Source: an uncultured virus (IMG/VR IMGVR_UViG_3300015375_000848)
Lineage: Duplodnaviria; Heunggongvirae; Uroviricota; Caudoviricetes
Direction: 5' to 3' (one strand)
DNA: 20,000 nt
Virus record (IMG/VR): IMGVR_UViG_3300015375_000848
Part shown: in pieces, positions 16,711-20,000 of the stretch
Position numbering within the stretch: position 1 is the first letter of the stretch
Layout: the number at the start of each line of letters is the position of its first letter
Position numbers and translations under genes: made by a program
Notes under the pieces: generated by a model
Seen by the model: the letters and a program-made list of their open reading frames with translations, nothing else
The model's database searches: none
What the model was told of the DNA's origin: nothing

Positions 16711-17104
16711 CTTTATTTATTTTTTTTATAAAGTCAGTAGTAGAAAAACCTCCGATTTTAGGGACAAAAGTTATCTTTTTACAAAATTTAGCACCTATAA
16801 TTCTCTTTTCTTTATATTCTTCACCAATAACCATGTATTCAGGCTGTAGAGATTCAATATATCTTTCAAGTTGAAAGTCTGTATCGAATACGTATACTTT
16901 ATCAACCCAAACTAAAGATTCAAGTAAATATTTTCGAAAGTATTGGTCATTGATGGGTCTATTTTGACCTTTCATTTTTTTTACTCTCTCATCTGAATCA
17001 ATACCAACTATGAGCCTATCTCCCAATGAAGAAGCAAATTTTAAAAGTTCTAGATGCCCAAAATGCAAGATATCAAAGCATCCGTTTACCCAAATAGTTG
17101 TCAT
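16703..17104 (-). CDS. hldC: D-glycero-beta-D-manno-heptose-1-phosphate adenylyltransferase (HldE/RfaE domain II)
   Basis: [56 protein letters not shown]; co-transcribed with the kinase half and hldD. Confidence 0.88.
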   Translation of the reverse strand: MTTIWVNGCFDILHFGHLELLKFASSLGDRLIVGIDSDERVKKMKGQNRPINDQYFRKYLLESLVWVDKVYVFDTDFQLERYIESLQPEYMVIGEEYKEKRIIGAKFCKKITFVPKIGGFSTTDFIKKINKDE

Positions 17105-17108
17105 AAAC

Positions 17109-17139
17109 CAAAACTAGCTAAAAATTTTAGATATTTCAA
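17109..17139 (-). promoter_or_regulatory. Bacteroidota-type primary-sigma promoter (-33 TTG, 20-nt spacer, -7 TAGTTTTG) for the heptose operon
   Basis: Minus strand reads TTG-aaatatctaaaatttttagc-TAGTTTTG-gttt-ATG, matching TTG/TTTG-N19-21-TAnnTTTG; only 4 nt from the start codon. Confidence 0.55.
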
Positions 17140-17237
17140 CATGCCTACTTGTATTTTTTTATTGAAATTTACTTTTTCACAGAAATCTGTAAACTTATTC
17201 AAAATTTACATACTTTTATATCCTAATATAACCTATA

Positions 17238-17534
17238 ATGGATATCGTCATGTCTGATGCCAATACAAATAGTAGATTAGAATCTATTGAAAAAAGGCTA
17301 AACTCTATTGAGACATCTCTACAAAGCGTTGTCCAAAACTTTTCAAAGCTATACGGAGCAGTTGTTGGGGATGAAACTTTTGACCAACAAGGAATTGTCC
17401 ACCGTATGAAAAAAGTAGAATCTGAAGTAGATAAATTAACCAAAGTAAAGCTTAAATTGATTGGCGTTTTTATCGGAAGCGGAGCTGTTTGGGCTGTAGT
17501 TTGGGAAATGATAAGAAAATTTATAGTTAAATAA
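17238..17534 (+). CDS. Small coiled-coil protein with C-terminal transmembrane helix (holin-like or virion membrane protein); alternative start at 17250
   Basis: RLESIEKRLNSIETSL heptads; TM LIGVFIGSGAVWAVVWEMI followed by RK. Confidence 0.65.
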   Translation: MDIVMSDANTNSRLESIEKRLNSIETSLQSVVQNFSKLYGAVVGDETFDQQGIVHRMKKVESEVDKLTKVKLKLIGVFIGSGAVWAVVWEMIRKFIVK

Positions 17535-17935
17535 TGCCAGCACCCGCAGCAACATCCGCAGCAACATCCGCAGCAACTAAAGGAGCAGGAGCAGCTAATG
17601 CTGCATCAGCTATTGGTGAAGCTGGGGCTACTGTTATTTCTGCCATTTCTCAAATTAATGATGCTAATAAAAGAAGAAAGTTTGAGCAAAACTTTGCACA
17701 ACTTACTCTTGAGCAGCAAAAGGGTTTGGAGATAAAACTTATTGAAGCTAAATCGCAAACTGAAAAACTTTCTGTTTTAACGCAATATTTAACGCAGCTG
17801 AACACACAGCGTATAGCAAATTTAGCTGGGTTTTATTCTGACAAAGAAAAGTCAAAAAGGACTATGCTTTTGGTTTTAGCTGGGGGTATAGCTGTTTTAG
17901 CTGTTATAACTTTAATTGTGATAAAAAAGAAATAA
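17534..17935 (+). CDS. Tail-anchored membrane protein, Ala-rich N-terminus (paralog of 17937..18290)
   Basis: Ala/Gly-rich N-terminus, helical core, TM MLLVLAGGIAVLAVITLIVI then KKK; TAATG coupling to the previous gene. Confidence 0.75.
   Translation: MPAPAATSAATSAATKGAGAANAASAIGEAGATVISAISQINDANKRRKFEQNFAQLTLEQQKGLEIKLIEAKSQTEKLSVLTQYLTQLNTQRIANLAGFYSDKEKSKRTMLLVLAGGIAVLAVITLIVIKKK
17544..17577 (+). repeat. 12-bp in-frame tandem repeat CCGCAGCAACAT (~2.8 copies; encodes AATS)
   Basis: ccgcagcaacat ccgcagcaacat ccgcagcaac read directly. Confidence 0.9.
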
Positions 17936-17936
17936 T

Positions 17937-18290
17937 ATGCCGTTACCATTGATGGCAATAGCAGCAGTAGTTTCCGCAGCAGCATCGGTAGGAGGAGCGG
18001 TTAAAGGAGGGATTGATGCTGATAAGAAACGTAATATTGAGCAGCAACTTGCTTTTTTAAATAATGACCAAAAACTAAAATTAGAGAGCAAATTACGGGA
18101 GGCTAAAAGTGAAGAAGAACGGCTAAAAATTCTTGGGGATACCTTAAATACCATAGCTGCAGCTAGAGTGCAAGGTCTTTCTTATGTTCAAGCAGAAAAA
18201 GAAAAAACAAAAAAACAGTTACTGATTGTTGGCATAGTTTCAGCTTCTGTTCTTTTAATAACATTTTTAGTTATATCTAGAAGAAAATAA
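17937..18290 (+). CDS. Tail-anchored membrane protein, Ala-rich hydrophobic N-terminus (paralog of 17534..17935)
   Basis: DADKKRNIEQQLAFLNNDQKLKLESKLREAKSEEERLKIL aligns to DANKRRKFEQNFAQLTLEQQKGLEIKLIEAKSQTEKLSVL; TM LLIVGIVSASVLLITFLVI then SRRK. Confidence 0.75.
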   Translation: MPLPLMAIAAVVSAAASVGGAVKGGIDADKKRNIEQQLAFLNNDQKLKLESKLREAKSEEERLKILGDTLNTIAAARVQGLSYVQAEKEKTKKQLLIVGIVSASVLLITFLVISRRK

Positions 18291-18291
18291 A

Positions 18292-18654
18292 ATGGCTATA
18301 GAAAAAAACACAGCGTTAACACCAGAAAAAAAGTCAATCCTTATAGGACAAGTAGAACTTGAAATTGAAAACTTAAACAAGGCGTTAAGAGATGGTGGTC
18401 TTCCCTCTGGGGTTTTGGAAGCTGTGAAATCTAATAGAGATTCGCTACAGAATATGCTAAATAGGTTATTTGAAAAGAAAGGAGTTGTAACACCACAAGA
18501 AACTAGTTCTACACTTAATGCTTTAGAAAAGTCAAAAGCTGATAGACTTCAAAGCGACATGAAAAGAAATGTACAAAGAATATTAATATTTGGTACAGTT
18601 TTGGTAGTTTTATGGGTAGGGTACAAAATGTATACAAAATCAAAAACGACTTAA
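18292..18654 (+). CDS. Helical protein with C-terminal transmembrane anchor
   Basis: Coiled-coil-like core; TM ILIFGTVLVVLWVGY followed by basic residues. Confidence 0.72.
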   Translation: MAIEKNTALTPEKKSILIGQVELEIENLNKALRDGGLPSGVLEAVKSNRDSLQNMLNRLFEKKGVVTPQETSSTLNALEKSKADRLQSDMKRNVQRILIFGTVLVVLWVGYKMYTKSKTT

Positions 18655-18992
18655 TGAACACAAACTTAAAAAAAGTAATATTAATATTCGGTGGTGGCCT
18701 AGTTATTTACTGGCTATTCACGAAAATTAAGCCGTTTGCTGGTACCCCTAAAGCCCCTAAAACATCATCTTCTTCGGGGGGTGAGAAGTCTTTTTCAGGG
18801 GATGAAGACAAAGCTAAAAATGCTATGATGGTTTTAAGAGCCTATAAAATGGCGAAAAGAAACGGGGAATCAAGAGATTTTTTAGCAGAGCTTAATCAGG
18901 AAACTGCTAAAGAGTTTGGGCTAAAGGTTATGACTGATAAGGGAAGTGGAAAGTGTTTTGTGGTTGATATGAGCGGAAACAAAATATTATAA
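18654..18992 (+). CDS. N-terminally anchored membrane protein (112 aa)
   Basis: Start moved to 18654 (TAATG overlap with the previous stop); MNTNLKK then TM VILIFGGGLVIYWLF, a Pro/Ser linker and a small globular domain. Confidence 0.72.
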   Translation: MNTNLKKVILIFGGGLVIYWLFTKIKPFAGTPKAPKTSSSSGGEKSFSGDEDKAKNAMMVLRAYKMAKRNGESRDFLAELNQETAKEFGLKVMTDKGSGKCFVVDMSGNKIL

Positions 18993-18993
18993 A

Positions 18994-19509
18994 ATGGCTT
19001 CACTTCCAACTATTACTACAATATCACCCACTGTAAGTATTGCATTCCCATCGGGAATTTCTGGCGTTGGAATAACTTATAACCAGTTTTTGAACAGTTT
19101 GGGTAAGTATAATTACGGAGCAGAATTCTTTTATCTTTCCTCCAGCACTTATACTCAAATTGGTCAGCCAGTTTATTATAATCACTTTGATGCAAACGGA
19201 AACTCAATTACAACATTTATACCTTTTGCAGTAGACCCCTATCAATCTCAACCTTCAATATTTTATGAGGTAAACTCTGATGAAATAATTTTTACCAATT
19301 TAAGTTCCATGCAATTAGTTGTAGAGCCAAATACTACGCTCTACTTTAAATTTTTTGCAACAATAACCTATTTAGGTAACGAGCTTGATGATAAAAAAGA
19401 TGAAAGCGGATTCGATTTGTTTACGGAAATAGAAAAAAGAGAAAGTGTTGACTTTTTCTCTAACTACTGTGATTATTTAATTGATGAAGATTTGAATTAT
19501 GGCAATTAA
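18994..19509 (+). CDS. Hypothetical beta-rich acidic protein, probable virion structural protein
   Basis: 171 aa, in operon spacing (1 nt after the previous stop); aromatic/Thr/Ser-rich alternating strands, few basic residues, acidic tail. Confidence 0.65.
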   Translation: MASLPTITTISPTVSIAFPSGISGVGITYNQFLNSLGKYNYGAEFFYLSSSTYTQIGQPVYYNHFDANGNSITTFIPFAVDPYQSQPSIFYEVNSDEIIFTNLSSMQLVVEPNTTLYFKFFATITYLGNELDDKKDESGFDLFTEIEKRESVDFFSNYCDYLIDEDLNYGN

Positions 19510-20000
19510 AAGGGAGCTCATACAATTTACGATAGTCAACAGCACGGGCTGTGGCTATGACATGCCCCTTTTTCAGCAAAATGTATATTCTATTAATGCT
19601 ACAACAAAATATTCATGGGATATAACTGGGGAGGATATTAGTTGTGGAACTGGAAGTTTAGTAATCAACGGAATTACATACAATTTTACTTACACTGCTT
19701 CTAGTTTAGCTTCATTGCTAGATAATTTAAATCTTTTAGGATTTGGTTTTTTCTGTTCAGAAGTTATAGGTGGCAATACTTATATATATACAACTGACGA
19801 TACTAACGTATACGGTCTTTTAACTCTTTGTGGTACTGGAACAACAACCACAACAACAACTAGCACTACTACGGCTGCACCTACTACTACGACCACCACT
19901 ACTAAGACCACAACGGCTGCACCTACTACTACGACCACTACTACTTCGACCACAACGACTGCACCTACTACTACGACCACTACTACTCCGACCACAACAA
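19499..20000 (+). CDS. 3'-truncated protein with a ~114-aa beta-rich N-domain followed by a mucin-like poly-Thr stalk (absent from the ORF track)
   Basis: ATG at 19499 overlaps the previous gene's end. Translation MAIKRELIQFTIVNSTGCGYDMPLFQQ..YGLLTLCGTGTTTTTTTSTTTAAPTTTTTTTKTTTAAP.. stays open to the window end. Confidence 0.85.
   Translation, partial: MAIKRELIQFTIVNSTGCGYDMPLFQQNVYSINATTKYSWDITGEDISCGTGSLVINGITYNFTYTASSLASLLDNLNLLGFGFFCSEVIGGNTYIYTTDDTNVYGLLTLCGTGTTTTTTTSTTTAAPTTTTTTTKTTTAAPTTTTTTTSTTTTAPTTTTTTTPTTT
19841..20000 (+). repeat. 42-bp coding tandem repeat (TTTTTTT[S/K/P]TTT[A/T]AP), at least 3.8 copies
   Basis: Units begin at 19841, 19883, 19925 and 19967; complete units end in gca cct. 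Confidence 0.9.

Noticed and set aside
3532..17104. Ordinary chromosomal LPS core (waa/rfa) locus
   Set aside because: No kdtA/waaL/lpx, flippase, polymerase or housekeeping neighbours; flanks are fibre-like and small membrane genes with virus-like packing. Not fully excluded without the rest of the contig.
17179..17190. Small inverted repeat ACAGA-AA-TCTGT in the 17105-17237 intergenic region
   Set aside because: Five-bp arms with a 2-nt loop in AT-rich DNA; too weak to call a terminator or operator.
19780..19995. Minus-strand poly-Val ORF (71 aa)
   Set aside because: Antisense of the ACN Thr codons of the real plus-strand gene starting at 19499.
1..20000. No TAG stop among the 25 gene ends: possible amber recoding
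   Set aside because: Genes are full length under code 11 with no in-frame TAG interruptions; TAG scarcity is common in AT-rich genomes.

Overview
AT-rich, very densely packed window with almost no intergenic DNA, many TAATG/ATGA-type overlaps and no Shine-Dalgarno motifs. It reads as part of a large virus/phage genome, probably with a Bacteroidota host (one good TTG-N20-TAnnTTTG promoter); no hallmark capsid, terminase or replication gene is present to confirm this. Two plus-strand blocks of likely virion genes flank the window. Left: two paralogous Cys-rich fibre-like proteins, one with a ~545-aa Gly-X-Y Ser/Thr stalk. Right: five small membrane-anchored proteins, a beta-rich protein and a truncated mucin-like poly-Thr protein. 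Between them lies a ~13.6-kb, 17-gene glycan and modification cluster. It encodes ADP-heptose synthesis (split HldE kinase and nucleotidyltransferase, HldD-like epimerase, a cupin between the HldE halves), an AAH/TibC-family protein O-heptosyltransferase with the four-Cys iron finger, two GT9-like enzymes, a GT4, a 900-aa multi-domain GT, a NodU/CmcH carbamoyltransferase, a sulfotransferase with APS kinase and a small HxGH nucleotidyltransferase, a SET-domain protein and a YkgJ-type Cys-cluster protein. Main hypothesis: a virus-encoded system that O-heptosylates Ser/Thr-rich virion fibres and decorates the glycan with sulfate and carbamoyl groups. All family calls are from motif recognition by eye; no searches were run.
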